From Thermodesulfobacteriota bacterium (lineage in GTDB: Bacteria > Desulfobacterota > Desulfobacteria > Desulfobacterales > SURF-7): DNA of 64,000 nt. This document shows positions 9,714 to 23,199 of the stretch, one piece after another. The DNA is taken from the NCBI GenBank assembly GCA_049320885.1, contig JBMORA010000001.1, positions 210,622 to 274,621 on the forward strand, in the 5' to 3' direction. The notes under the pieces were generated by a model. The model had not been told where the DNA came from, searched no databases, and worked only from the letters and a program-made list of their open reading frames with translations. Position 1 is the stretch's first letter, and every line of letters begins with the position of its first letter. The translations under genes were made by a program, and so were the position numbers.

Positions 9714-10238
9714 ATGGCCTACGCCTCGGAAAAAAAAATTTTAGTGGTGGATGATGAACCGGATGTTCGTAATTTCCTGGCGACCTGTATAGAAGATGCC
9801 GGTTTTCACGTGGAAACGGCTTCCAACGGGGAGGAGGCATTGGAAAAAATAGAATCGGATCCGCCGGATTTAATGACGCTGGACATGGTCATGCCGAGAA
9901 AATCCGGTATCCAGGTCATGCGGACCCTGCGACAACATTCCAAATGCAAGAATCTTCCGGTTATCGTCATCACGGCCCATGCCCATGACGAGTTCGGCAG
10001 CGAGGACCTGAAAAGCTTCAATGCATTTGTCTCGGGACATCGCCCCCGGTACCTCCTGGAAAAACCCGTGTCACCGCAGAAGCTGGTAAAGGCCATCTGT
10101 GAAATACTGTCCGTGGAGGCCGCTGACGATACGGCACCTGTCCCCTCGGACCAGGAAACCATCGTCCGTCTGGTGAAAAGCAGCGACCAGGAGACCAGGA
10201 AAAAGATCATCGCGATGCTGTCGAATCAATCGCTGTAA
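9714..10238 (+). CDS. Response regulator (receiver domain with short C-terminal extension)
   Basis: ILVVDDE, TLDMVMP, VITA, LEKP receiver motifs. RBS AAGGAG. Confidence 0.85.
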   Translation: MAYASEKKILVVDDEPDVRNFLATCIEDAGFHVETASNGEEALEKIESDPPDLMTLDMVMPRKSGIQVMRTLRQHSKCKNLPVIVITAHAHDEFGSEDLKSFNAFVSGHRPRYLLEKPVSPQKLVKAICEILSVEAADDTAPVPSDQETIVRLVKSSDQETRKKIIAMLSNQSL

Positions 10239-10678
10239 CGGCTGCGCCGGCGGTTCTTGCGGATCATGGAAGCGCATTCATCGTCCAGCAAATCAGCCAC
10301 GGTGATGCCGTCCAGCTTCTCATAGAGGGCGTCCGTGGCGGCTTTCCAGGCAAGGCGGGCCCTGCAGGAATCCGCCATGCCGCATGATTCGGGTGAGCCG
10401 ATGCACTCCACCAGGTCGGTCTGGCCTTCAAACAACCGGACGATGTCGCCCAGAGTGATCAAGGCCGGGTCTTTTGCAATGATATGACCACCCTTCGGAC
10501 CCCGGACACTGGTGATCAATCCGGCGGCTTTCAGCGAACGGATCAGTTGTTCCATATATTTGACGGGGATGCCCTGCTGCTTGGATATGGCGCTCACCTG
10601 AACCGGGTCGCTGTTCCAATTCCGAGCCAACTCGAGCAGGATCCGGGTGCCGTAACGGCTTCTGGTGGATAATTTCAT
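10226..10678 (-). CDS. Rrf2-family transcriptional regulator (three-Cys, IscR/CymR-like)
   Basis: MKLSTRSRYG, YMEQL, SVRGPKGG, ECIGSPESCGMADSC. Confidence 0.9.
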   Translation of the reverse strand: MKLSTRSRYGTRILLELARNWNSDPVQVSAISKQQGIPVKYMEQLIRSLKAAGLITSVRGPKGGHIIAKDPALITLGDIVRLFEGQTDLVECIGSPESCGMADSCRARLAWKAATDALYEKLDGITVADLLDDECASMIRKNRRRSRYSD

Positions 10679-10722
10679 CGCCTATGGGTACCTGTATGCA
10701 TTACCGCGGTTATGGCAACCGC

Positions 10723-15647
<4,925 letters not shown>

Positions 15648-15662
15648 TCACGTCACATCAAC

Positions 15663-15690
15663 TGTATTGCTTCAGGTGTATTGCTTCAGG
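15663..15690. repeat. Perfect 14-bp tandem duplication TGTATTGCTTCAGG x2 at the kdnA stop codon
   Basis: 15663-15676 and 15677-15690 are identical. Confidence 0.9.
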
Positions 15691-16865
15691 ATGGTGCTCA
15701 TCGAAGCAATTCTTTTTTCAATATCCGCCTCCTTCCAGGACAGCTTGATCTGCATACAGATGGTTCTGCCGATAAGGCCGTCGGAGCGGGGGCAGGAGAG
15801 CTTGCCGTAATCCGGACGATTCTCAAAAAGCTCAATGGGCAGCCTGGCGGCCGCGGACATGTTTTTCAAATGCTGCCACTGGCGGATATAATGCCAATTG
15901 TTATCGTACCAATAAAAACATCCGTCCACTCCCGCCCTGGCCAGTTCGGCGGCCGTCTGCCGGGCCCTGTTTTCATCCGGCAGCAGGAAGGCGAGAAATG
16001 TCGCCGAGTCTCCCCGGGCATCCGGTATCTGCCGGAATTCTATTCCACGGATTGCCGACAACCGGTCCTTGATCATCCGCTTATGGGTCTGCTGGGTGCC
16101 GATGATCCGGTCCAGTTTTCTCAATTGCGCCACCCCCACGGCGGCATTCAGTTCGCTGATGCGATAATTGAGCCCCAGAATCGCATGCCCCTCTTTTCCC
16201 CGGTCGGAGCCTCGATGGTCATGACCATGATCGGCATAGGCATCCGCCCTGGCGTACAAATCGGCGTCATCGGTCACCACCGCCCCGCCTTCACCGCAGG
16301 TAATGGTTTTGACGTAGTCGAAGGAATAGCATCCCATCTGCCCGAAGGTACCCAATGCTTTTCCGTTGTACGCGGCGCCCAGCGACTGACAGGCATCTTC
16401 TATCAGCAGCAATCCCTTCCGTTCGCAAAAGGCTTTTATTTCATCGATCCGCGCCATGGATCCGCACATGTGCACCGGTAATACCGCCTTGGTGCGTGAA
16501 GAAAGGGCCGATTCCAGCCCGGCCGGGTCCAGACACAAGGTTTCATCGATTTCGGAAAAGACCGGAACGGCTCCAGCCATGAGAACCGCCTCAATGGTCG
16601 CAATGAAGGTAAAGGGCGGCACGATCACTTCGTCGCCGGCCCCCACGCTGCAGGAAGCCAGGGCAATGGAAAGAGCCGCCGTGCCGCTGGAGCAGAGATG
16701 GCCATGGGCTGTCTTGAGCCGCCGGCACAGCTCCTGTTCGAAGGTCAGCGCTTTATAATGCCCCTTCCGCGCCTGATCGAACCCGTAACGAAATAGGACT
16801 CCCGTATCGAGGACATCCTGGACTTCTTTCCGCTCTTCTTCTCCAAATAATTCAAACCCCGGCAT
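15672..16865 (-). CDS. kdnA: 8-amino-3,8-dideoxy-D-manno-octulosonate transaminase KdnA (DegT/DnrJ family)
   Basis: MPGFELFG, SSGTAAL, EDACQ, SFDYVKTITCGEGG, DHGHDH, FYWYDNNWHY, IKLSW. Confidence 0.85.
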   Translation of the reverse strand: MPGFELFGEEERKEVQDVLDTGVLFRYGFDQARKGHYKALTFEQELCRRLKTAHGHLCSSGTAALSIALASCSVGAGDEVIVPPFTFIATIEAVLMAGAVPVFSEIDETLCLDPAGLESALSSRTKAVLPVHMCGSMARIDEIKAFCERKGLLLIEDACQSLGAAYNGKALGTFGQMGCYSFDYVKTITCGEGGAVVTDDADLYARADAYADHGHDHRGSDRGKEGHAILGLNYRISELNAAVGVAQLRKLDRIIGTQQTHKRMIKDRLSAIRGIEFRQIPDARGDSATFLAFLLPDENRARQTAAELARAGVDGCFYWYDNNWHYIRQWQHLKNMSAAARLPIELFENRPDYGKLSCPRSDGLIGRTICMQIKLSWKEADIEKRIASMSTILKQYT

Positions 16866-18324
16866 ATGCTGGTCTCCTCACCGGTCGTGTCTGACCGAGT
16901 TCTTGTTTTTTCTGTTTTTCATTCCGCTTTTCATCGATGGCCTTGGCTTCTTCCATGCGTTCGAAATGCCTGCCGAAATACTGCTGCATGGCCAGCCGCG
17001 CATAATAAGCCGCCCTGGTGCCGATAAATTTCTCATGGGCCACCATGGCCGCCACGGCCATCTTGTGTTCCCCGCTCTCATCCGTGGCAAACCCCACAAA
17101 CCAATCGTACCGCAGATTCGCCACCTCCCGGCTGCCCATGGAACCGGTTTTCCCGCCGATTTTCAGGCGGGACAACACCCGATCCCTGCCGGCGCCCTGG
17201 AAAGCCCGTTTGCTGGTGCCGTCCTGAACCGTCGCCAGCATCATGGTGTTGATGGATGACGCCGCATCGGAAGTGATCACCTGTCGGATGGTTTTGGGAC
17301 GGCTGTGATAGTGGATATTGCCGTTCTCATCGGTAATGGTATCGATGATCGTGGGTTCGATGAAATCCCCTTTGTTCAGGATGGTGGCGCTCATCAAGGC
17401 TCCGTGAAGCGGCGAGAGGGTTGTCTCGCGGTTGAACCCGCTGGCGATTTCCGCCAGTTCATAGGTGTCCTGGGACAAGGTCATCGTCCGGCTCTGGGAG
17501 AGAGGCAATTCAAAATTGATATTCCGGTTGAACCCAAAAGCTTCCGCATATTGCTCCAACAGATCCGGCCCCAAGTGCTTGGCCCCGATTTTCCCGAAAA
17601 TCGGATTGACGGACATGGCGAAAGATTCCTTCAGACTCATCCAGATGGTATACCGGTTCACTTGGTCCTTGAGCTGCGATCGATACAGGGTGTATTTCCC
17701 GCCGTTCAGGGCGAATTTGGAAGAGGGCTGGAAGCCGCATTTTTCAATTCCGGCCGCAGCCGTGACGATCTTGAACACGCTGGCCGCCGGGTAGGCGGCT
17801 TCGATACAGGGGTTGCCGTCCTTCCTGGTGCGATCGAATCCCGTCATGGCCAGCACCCTGCCGGTGGTCGGTTCAATGGCGACGATACCGATATAGCGGG
17901 TGTGATTCCGGTTCATCTTGTCCAGCAAAAAGGTTTGCAGCGGCAGATCGAGGCTGGTCTCCACCTTATAACATCGGCCATCCAGCTGGACATCCAATGA
18001 ATCATTCCTCAGATTACAAAAATTCCCCTGATCCAGAATGGAACGAACCTCATTTTTGCGCATCAGCTTCGGCTTCTCCACTTCCGATATTTCCGAAATC
18101 GCCGCCGTCGCCTGCTCCTCTCCATAGGACACCAATTGTTGAAAGGCCGTCCTGCTCAAACCGACCGGAAAATTGTACCCAACCAGAAAAACGATGACAA
18201 TGATGGTGGAACAGGTCAGAAGCCTCAGTTTCAGCTTGTGAAAGGCAGCCTCGCGTTTCAACCTGGACTGGTACCTCTGCCAATTGGCCTGGTCTCCGCT
18301 GAACTTGTAGAAAGAATTCTGCAT
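16852..18324 (-). CDS. Penicillin-binding protein, transpeptidase domain with N-terminal TM
   Basis: SxxK (ASVFK), SxN (SVN), KTG (GKTGS), WFVGFA. Confidence 0.85.
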   Translation of the reverse strand: MQNSFYKFSGDQANWQRYQSRLKREAAFHKLKLRLLTCSTIIVIVFLVGYNFPVGLSRTAFQQLVSYGEEQATAAISEISEVEKPKLMRKNEVRSILDQGNFCNLRNDSLDVQLDGRCYKVETSLDLPLQTFLLDKMNRNHTRYIGIVAIEPTTGRVLAMTGFDRTRKDGNPCIEAAYPAASVFKIVTAAAGIEKCGFQPSSKFALNGGKYTLYRSQLKDQVNRYTIWMSLKESFAMSVNPIFGKIGAKHLGPDLLEQYAEAFGFNRNINFELPLSQSRTMTLSQDTYELAEIASGFNRETTLSPLHGALMSATILNKGDFIEPTIIDTITDENGNIHYHSRPKTIRQVITSDAASSINTMMLATVQDGTSKRAFQGAGRDRVLSRLKIGGKTGSMGSREVANLRYDWFVGFATDESGEHKMAVAAMVAHEKFIGTRAAYYARLAMQQYFGRHFERMEEAKAIDEKRNEKQKKQELGQTRPVRRPAYAGV

Positions 18325-18424
18325 GGATGTCTTCCCGATTTTTATACGTTCTTAATGAATAGGGCTTCCGTGGCGCCGTATGATTTCATCTACCATGTTT
18401 CCCCGCCAAAAAGCGGTCGCGGTG

Positions 18425-20347
18425 TCAGGAGAGCGGCGTTCCGCTTTCAACCTTACCGTCAATAACCACAAGTCTGGGACCGCTTCCGTCATTGGCTGCA
18501 AGCAGCATGCCCATGGACAAGACGCCCATGAGTTTCACCGGTTTTAAATTGGCAACCAGAACGACCTGTTTGCCGATAATCTCATCCGGCCGGTAGACCT
18601 CGGCAATCCCGGCCACAACCGTACGTTTTTCACCGATGTCGATTTCAAGCTTCAACAGCTTTTTGGCTCTGGGAATGGGCTCCGCGGACAGAATCGTGCC
18701 GATCCGCAGATCGACCTGTTTCAGGGCATCGATGCTTATCTCCGGCTTCAGTTCATGCAGCGGCCCTTTTTCACCGGCAGCTTCTTTTTCCGGCAATTGA
18801 TCGTTTTTCAGATCGATCCTTGGAAACAGCATGATGCCTTTCGGTAACGCGGCGCCGGATGCCAGAATACCCCATTGCCGCAACCTGTCCAGATTATAAA
18901 AAGCCTGTTCCGGGTCCTGACCCAGGTGAAGTTGCATGGTCTTGGCCGTATCCGGCATCACGGGATATAGCATACCCGACACCACCCGGAGCCCTTCCAG
19001 CAGATTGTAGATGACGGCTTGGAGTTGTTTCCAGCTGGTTTTTTTCTTCGCCAGTTCCCAGGGAGCGGTCACGTCGATATATTTGTTCATCTGGCTGATC
19101 AGCTCCCAGACAGCCATCAAGGCCTTGTGAAAAGCAAATGCGTCCATGGCCGTTTCGAAATCATCCACCGCCCTGCGGGCATCCTCGTCCAGACCGAAAT
19201 GGAAGGTGCTCTCGGCTTCCTTGTCCACAGCCGGTACCTGACCGTTGAAATATTTATGCGTCATGGCGATAACACGGGAGAAAAGATTCCCCAGGTCATT
19301 GGCCAAATCCGAATTGATTCGATGCACCAAAGCGGTTTCCGAAAAACCGGAATCCAGGCCGAACACCATATCCCTCATGAGGAAATAGCGAAACGCATCC
19401 AACCCGTAAATCGCTTTCATGCTCAACGGGTCCACGACATTGCCGATACTTTTGGACATCTTGCTCTCATCCACATTCCAATAGCCATGGACATTTAAAT
19501 GCCGGTAAACCGGAATTCCGGCGGCTTTCAGAATAATCGGCCAGTAAATTCCATGTGGTTTGAGGATGTCTTTCGCCACGATGTGCTGGGCCACGGGCCA
19601 GTACTTCCGGAACGCTTCTCCATCCGGGTACCCCAATGCGGAAATATAATTGAGCAATGCATCAAACCATACATATGTGACGTAGTTATCGTCGAAGGGT
19701 AAGGTGATACCCCATTTCAAGCGTGATTTCGGCCGTGAAATGCAGAGATCCTCCAGGGGTTCCCGTAAAAAGGCCAGAACCTCGTTGCGATAGCGTTCCG
19801 GACGGATAAAATCCGGATGGGTTTGGATATGCTGAATCAGCCAATCCTGGTATTTGCTCATCCGGAAAAAATAATTCGCCTCCTTGATCAGCTGGGGTTC
19901 CGTGTCATGGTCCGGGCATTTTCCGTTCACCAGCTCCCGTTCCAAATAAAATCGCTCGCATCCGAAGCAATACATCCCCTCGTATTCGCTGAAATAGATA
20001 TCACCGCATTCATAAATCCGCTGCAGAATCGAAGTGACCAGGGCGACATGCTCCTTATCCGTGGTGCGGATGAAATGATTGTACCGAATGTTCATTTCAG
20101 GCCACAACTCTTTAAAAAGCCGGCTGATCCTGTCCACATAGACCCGGGGACTGAGGTTCTCCTTCTCGGCGGCCGCAACGATTTTATCCCCGTGTTCATC
20201 CGTTCCGGTCAGAAAAAAACAATCCGCCTCGCGCATTCCATGGAACCGGTTGATGACGTCCGCGGCAATCGTTGTGTAGGCATGCCCCAAATGCGGTCGC
20301 GCATTCACATAGTATATCGGCGTCGTTATATAGAAGGAACCTGTCAT
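18425..20347 (-). CDS. metG: Methionine--tRNA ligase with C-terminal tRNA-binding domain
   Basis: TTPIYYVN..PHLGH, YVWFDAL, KMSKS, C-terminal EMAP/Trbp domain. Confidence 0.97.
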   Translation of the reverse strand: MTGSFYITTPIYYVNARPHLGHAYTTIAADVINRFHGMREADCFFLTGTDEHGDKIVAAAEKENLSPRVYVDRISRLFKELWPEMNIRYNHFIRTTDKEHVALVTSILQRIYECGDIYFSEYEGMYCFGCERFYLERELVNGKCPDHDTEPQLIKEANYFFRMSKYQDWLIQHIQTHPDFIRPERYRNEVLAFLREPLEDLCISRPKSRLKWGITLPFDDNYVTYVWFDALLNYISALGYPDGEAFRKYWPVAQHIVAKDILKPHGIYWPIILKAAGIPVYRHLNVHGYWNVDESKMSKSIGNVVDPLSMKAIYGLDAFRYFLMRDMVFGLDSGFSETALVHRINSDLANDLGNLFSRVIAMTHKYFNGQVPAVDKEAESTFHFGLDEDARRAVDDFETAMDAFAFHKALMAVWELISQMNKYIDVTAPWELAKKKTSWKQLQAVIYNLLEGLRVVSGMLYPVMPDTAKTMQLHLGQDPEQAFYNLDRLRQWGILASGAALPKGIMLFPRIDLKNDQLPEKEAAGEKGPLHELKPEISIDALKQVDLRIGTILSAEPIPRAKKLLKLEIDIGEKRTVVAGIAEVYRPDEIIGKQVVLVANLKPVKLMGVLSMGMLLAANDGSGPRLVVIDGKVESGTPLS

Positions 20348-21159
20348 ATGCTCTCCTGTTCTCCCGTGTTTTTGATCGCCTCGATATCGATTTCCGTTTC
20401 GACGCCGTCTTCAAATTGAATCACGACGCGGTTGCAGATCACGTTCTGCCGGACGATCTTTCCCGATCGTCCGCTCACCGTTACCGGTTTGCCGATTTTC
20501 GGCGCTTTTTGGCGGAGATCGACATAAGTGTCGTTTTCAAACGTCAGACAACACATCAGCCGTCCACACTGGCCGGATATTTTCGTCGGATTCAACGAGA
20601 GTCCCTGGTCTTTGGCCATCCGTATGGAAACAGGCTCAAACTTGGACAGGAATGTCGAGCAACAAAGCTGCCGCCCGCATCTTCCGATGCCACCGCACAT
20701 TTTGGCCTGATTGCGGATGCCTACCTGGCGCATCTCAATACGGGTTCGAAACTCCTTCACCAATATTTTGACCAGCTGCCGGAAATCAACCCGGCCCTCG
20801 GCCGTAAAAAAAAAGGTCAGTTTATTCGCGTCAAAGGTGCTTTCCACCGCGAACAGATTCATTTCCAGTCTCAATAATTTGATCTGTTCCTGACAAAAAT
20901 CGTTCGCCTGTTTTTCCAGAGCGAGATTGCTCTCCTGTTGCGCGAAATCGTTTTCCGTCGCCAGCCGGCAGATTTTTTTCAGCGGGGTGGCAAGGCTCTC
21001 TTCCTCCACTTGAACCGGCAGGGAAGCAACCGTGCCGAACCCGAGCCCGTGTTCTGTTTCCACAATCACGGTATCACCGATATTCAACACGAACGCGCCG
21101 GCGTCGAAGTCGTATATTTTGCCGGCAGCCTTGAATCTCACTCCAACTACTTTTTTCAT
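20344..21159 (-). CDS. ricT: PSP1/YaaT (RicT) family protein
   Basis: FTAEGRVDFRQLVK, GGIGRCGRQLCC, KISGQCGRLMCCL. Confidence 0.9.
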   Translation of the reverse strand: MKKVVGVRFKAAGKIYDFDAGAFVLNIGDTVIVETEHGLGFGTVASLPVQVEEESLATPLKKICRLATENDFAQQESNLALEKQANDFCQEQIKLLRLEMNLFAVESTFDANKLTFFFTAEGRVDFRQLVKILVKEFRTRIEMRQVGIRNQAKMCGGIGRCGRQLCCSTFLSKFEPVSIRMAKDQGLSLNPTKISGQCGRLMCCLTFENDTYVDLRQKAPKIGKPVTVSGRSGKIVRQNVICNRVVIQFEDGVETEIDIEAIKNTGEQESI

Positions 21160-21162
21160 TGA

Positions 21163-22248
21163 CTATCCGCCCGCCATTTCCAGAATCAGCATATCCATCA
21201 CCAAACGCGCATTGGCATTGGCCTGGAGCCTTCTTTGCGCCATCCCGACAGCTTCGACAATCCGGTGCAGAGTCGCCGGGCGCCATCTATGACTGATATC
21301 CGCAATCAAATTGGTCATATCGGTATTGATGATCTTGTCCGGCGCATCCGTGAAGATCAGCAAATCCCGAAACCAGGTTTGACAAATGTCCAACACATCG
21401 GGCAGCCTTTCCTTGAGGCTGCAGAGTGTTTCCGCAAAATAAAGACGCTGACTGACCGAATGATCCGAAAGCGCTGAGATTTCCCGAAGAAGACGTTTCC
21501 GGAAAGCGCCCCACTCCGTCTCGCATATCTTCCGCGCCGTTGTCCAACTTCCGCCGGCCATCCGTGCCATGATTCCGGCTTGTTCCTGATCCAAACCGTA
21601 GGTTTCAACCAGCAATGGTTGAAGGCGTTGAGCCGGAATCGGATGAAATCTGACTTGTTGACACCGTGAAACAATGGTCGGCAACAGATCGGAGGCCTGC
21701 AGGGCCGTTAAAATGAAAATGGTCCCCACGGGCGGTTCCTCCAGAATTTTCAGCAAGGCGTTCCCCGCCTCGGCATTCAACCTGTCGGCATCGGATACGA
21801 TCACCGTGCGAACTTCGGCCTCATAGGGTTTCATGGCCAGACAGCGGCAAAGCTCACGAATCTGAGCTATTTTGATGACCCGGGCGGATGGTTTTACATA
21901 AATGATATCAGGATGTTGCCCCGAAAGTATCTTGCGGCATGGCCTGCATGTGCCACAGGGGATGTCCATTGGCGCGTCACAATCGACTCTTTCGGGGAAA
22001 ACCCCCGCCCCGGGTTCGGTCATTTCCGCCCTGTGAAGACAGTTACATGCCATGGCATAGGCCATGGCCGCATCCCGCTTGCCAACTCCTTCCATGCCGG
22101 TAAATAAAAACCCATGGGGAATGGACTGGTTTTGCAGCGTGGCGAATAAAAACCGTGCGACCTTTTCTTGGTAAATCAATATACGGGCTGCAGGCAGTTT
22201 TCGAAAGTCGAGCAACGTCTCGGAACCGGATGCGTGTTTAGTAATCAA
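21163..22248 (-). CDS. holB: DNA polymerase III subunit delta'
   Basis: LFTGMEGVGK, PCGTCRPC, HPD, NALLKILEEPP, LLPTIVSRC. Start codon uncertain. Confidence 0.92.
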   Translation of the reverse strand: MITKHASGSETLLDFRKLPAARILIYQEKVARFLFATLQNQSIPHGFLFTGMEGVGKRDAAMAYAMACNCLHRAEMTEPGAGVFPERVDCDAPMDIPCGTCRPCRKILSGQHPDIIYVKPSARVIKIAQIRELCRCLAMKPYEAEVRTVIVSDADRLNAEAGNALLKILEEPPVGTIFILTALQASDLLPTIVSRCQQVRFHPIPAQRLQPLLVETYGLDQEQAGIMARMAGGSWTTARKICETEWGAFRKRLLREISALSDHSVSQRLYFAETLCSLKERLPDVLDICQTWFRDLLIFTDAPDKIINTDMTNLIADISHRWRPATLHRIVEAVGMAQRRLQANANARLVMDMLILEMAGG

Positions 22249-22513
22249 CCCGCTCTTTTAGTTCTTTGCCGCATTTAAAAAACGGTAATTTCTTCGGTTT
22301 GATGGTGACCTTTTCGCCTGTTTTCGGGTTTCTGCCCGTATAACTTTTATAATTTTTGACAAAAAAGCTGCATAACCCGCGGATTTCAACCCGTTCCCCC
22401 TTGGCCATCGCATCGGCCATGGAATCAAAAAATATCTGGATTACCTTGGCGGCATCTGATTTGGAAATATTCGCTTCGTTTTTTAATGCGGAAATCAACT
22501 CCAATTTATTCAT
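22238..22513 (-). CDS. HU/IHF-family DNA-binding protein (IHF-beta-like)
   Basis: MNKLELI, VEIRGLCSF, GRNPKTGE, PFFKCGKELKERV. RBS GGAGG. Confidence 0.92.
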   Translation of the reverse strand: MNKLELISALKNEANISKSDAAKVIQIFFDSMADAMAKGERVEIRGLCSFFVKNYKSYTGRNPKTGEKVTIKPKKLPFFKCGKELKERVDY

Positions 22514-22629
22514 ACATCCTCCTTGAATTATAGGAATCATCGAGATCAGCGATCAGATCTGCCTTACAGGAACACGGTACAGCGCATTCATCCGCACAAT
22601 AAAATATAAGTCGGTAAAAAGTCAAGCAG

Positions 22630-23184
22630 TTATGAAAATATTTCCGGAAGATGCTCCACATCCTCCTCGCTCACGTTCACGGCGGCGAACTGCCCCAAGG
22701 CCTCAATGTTCACAATAACCCGGCCTTGACCCCGATATTGAATAAAATAGCCGATTACGCCGGCAAACGGGCCGGATATGACCATGATTCTGTCACCTTT
22801 CTTGAACCGGCTTCCGGTGATGACCGGATCATCTCCCTTGACCATGATTTTCAGGGAACCGATGGTTTCATCGGATACCGCTATGGGACCGCTGCGGCTG
22901 CCCACCAGCCTGACCACCCCGGCGGTCTTGACGATTTCCAGATATTCATGGGGATGAAGGTCGGTCTTTACGAACACATACCCCGGGAAAAGCGGGACAT
23001 GAATCATTAATTTCCGGTCCTGGCGCCTGCTTCTAACCCGTATTTTCGGAAGAAACACCTCCAGGGATTTTTTTTGAAGGCCGTCGTTGACGACATTTTC
23101 AAAGCGGCTCCGGGTATGCAGCACATACCAATGCCGAACCAGTTGCCCGTCGATCTTGTTTTCCGGCGCTCCGTTCATGTGCAC
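22630..23184 (-). CDS. NusG-paralog transcription antiterminator (UpxY/RfaH-like)
   Basis: WYVLHTRSRFE, PLFPGYVFV, C-terminal KOW GDRIMVISGPFAG. Confidence 0.85.
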   Translation of the reverse strand: MHMNGAPENKIDGQLVRHWYVLHTRSRFENVVNDGLQKKSLEVFLPKIRVRSRRQDRKLMIHVPLFPGYVFVKTDLHPHEYLEIVKTAGVVRLVGSRSGPIAVSDETIGSLKIMVKGDDPVITGSRFKKGDRIMVISGPFAGVIGYFIQYRGQGRVIVNIEALGQFAAVNVSEEDVEHLPEIFS

Positions 23185-23199
23185 AAGGTTTCCTCACCT

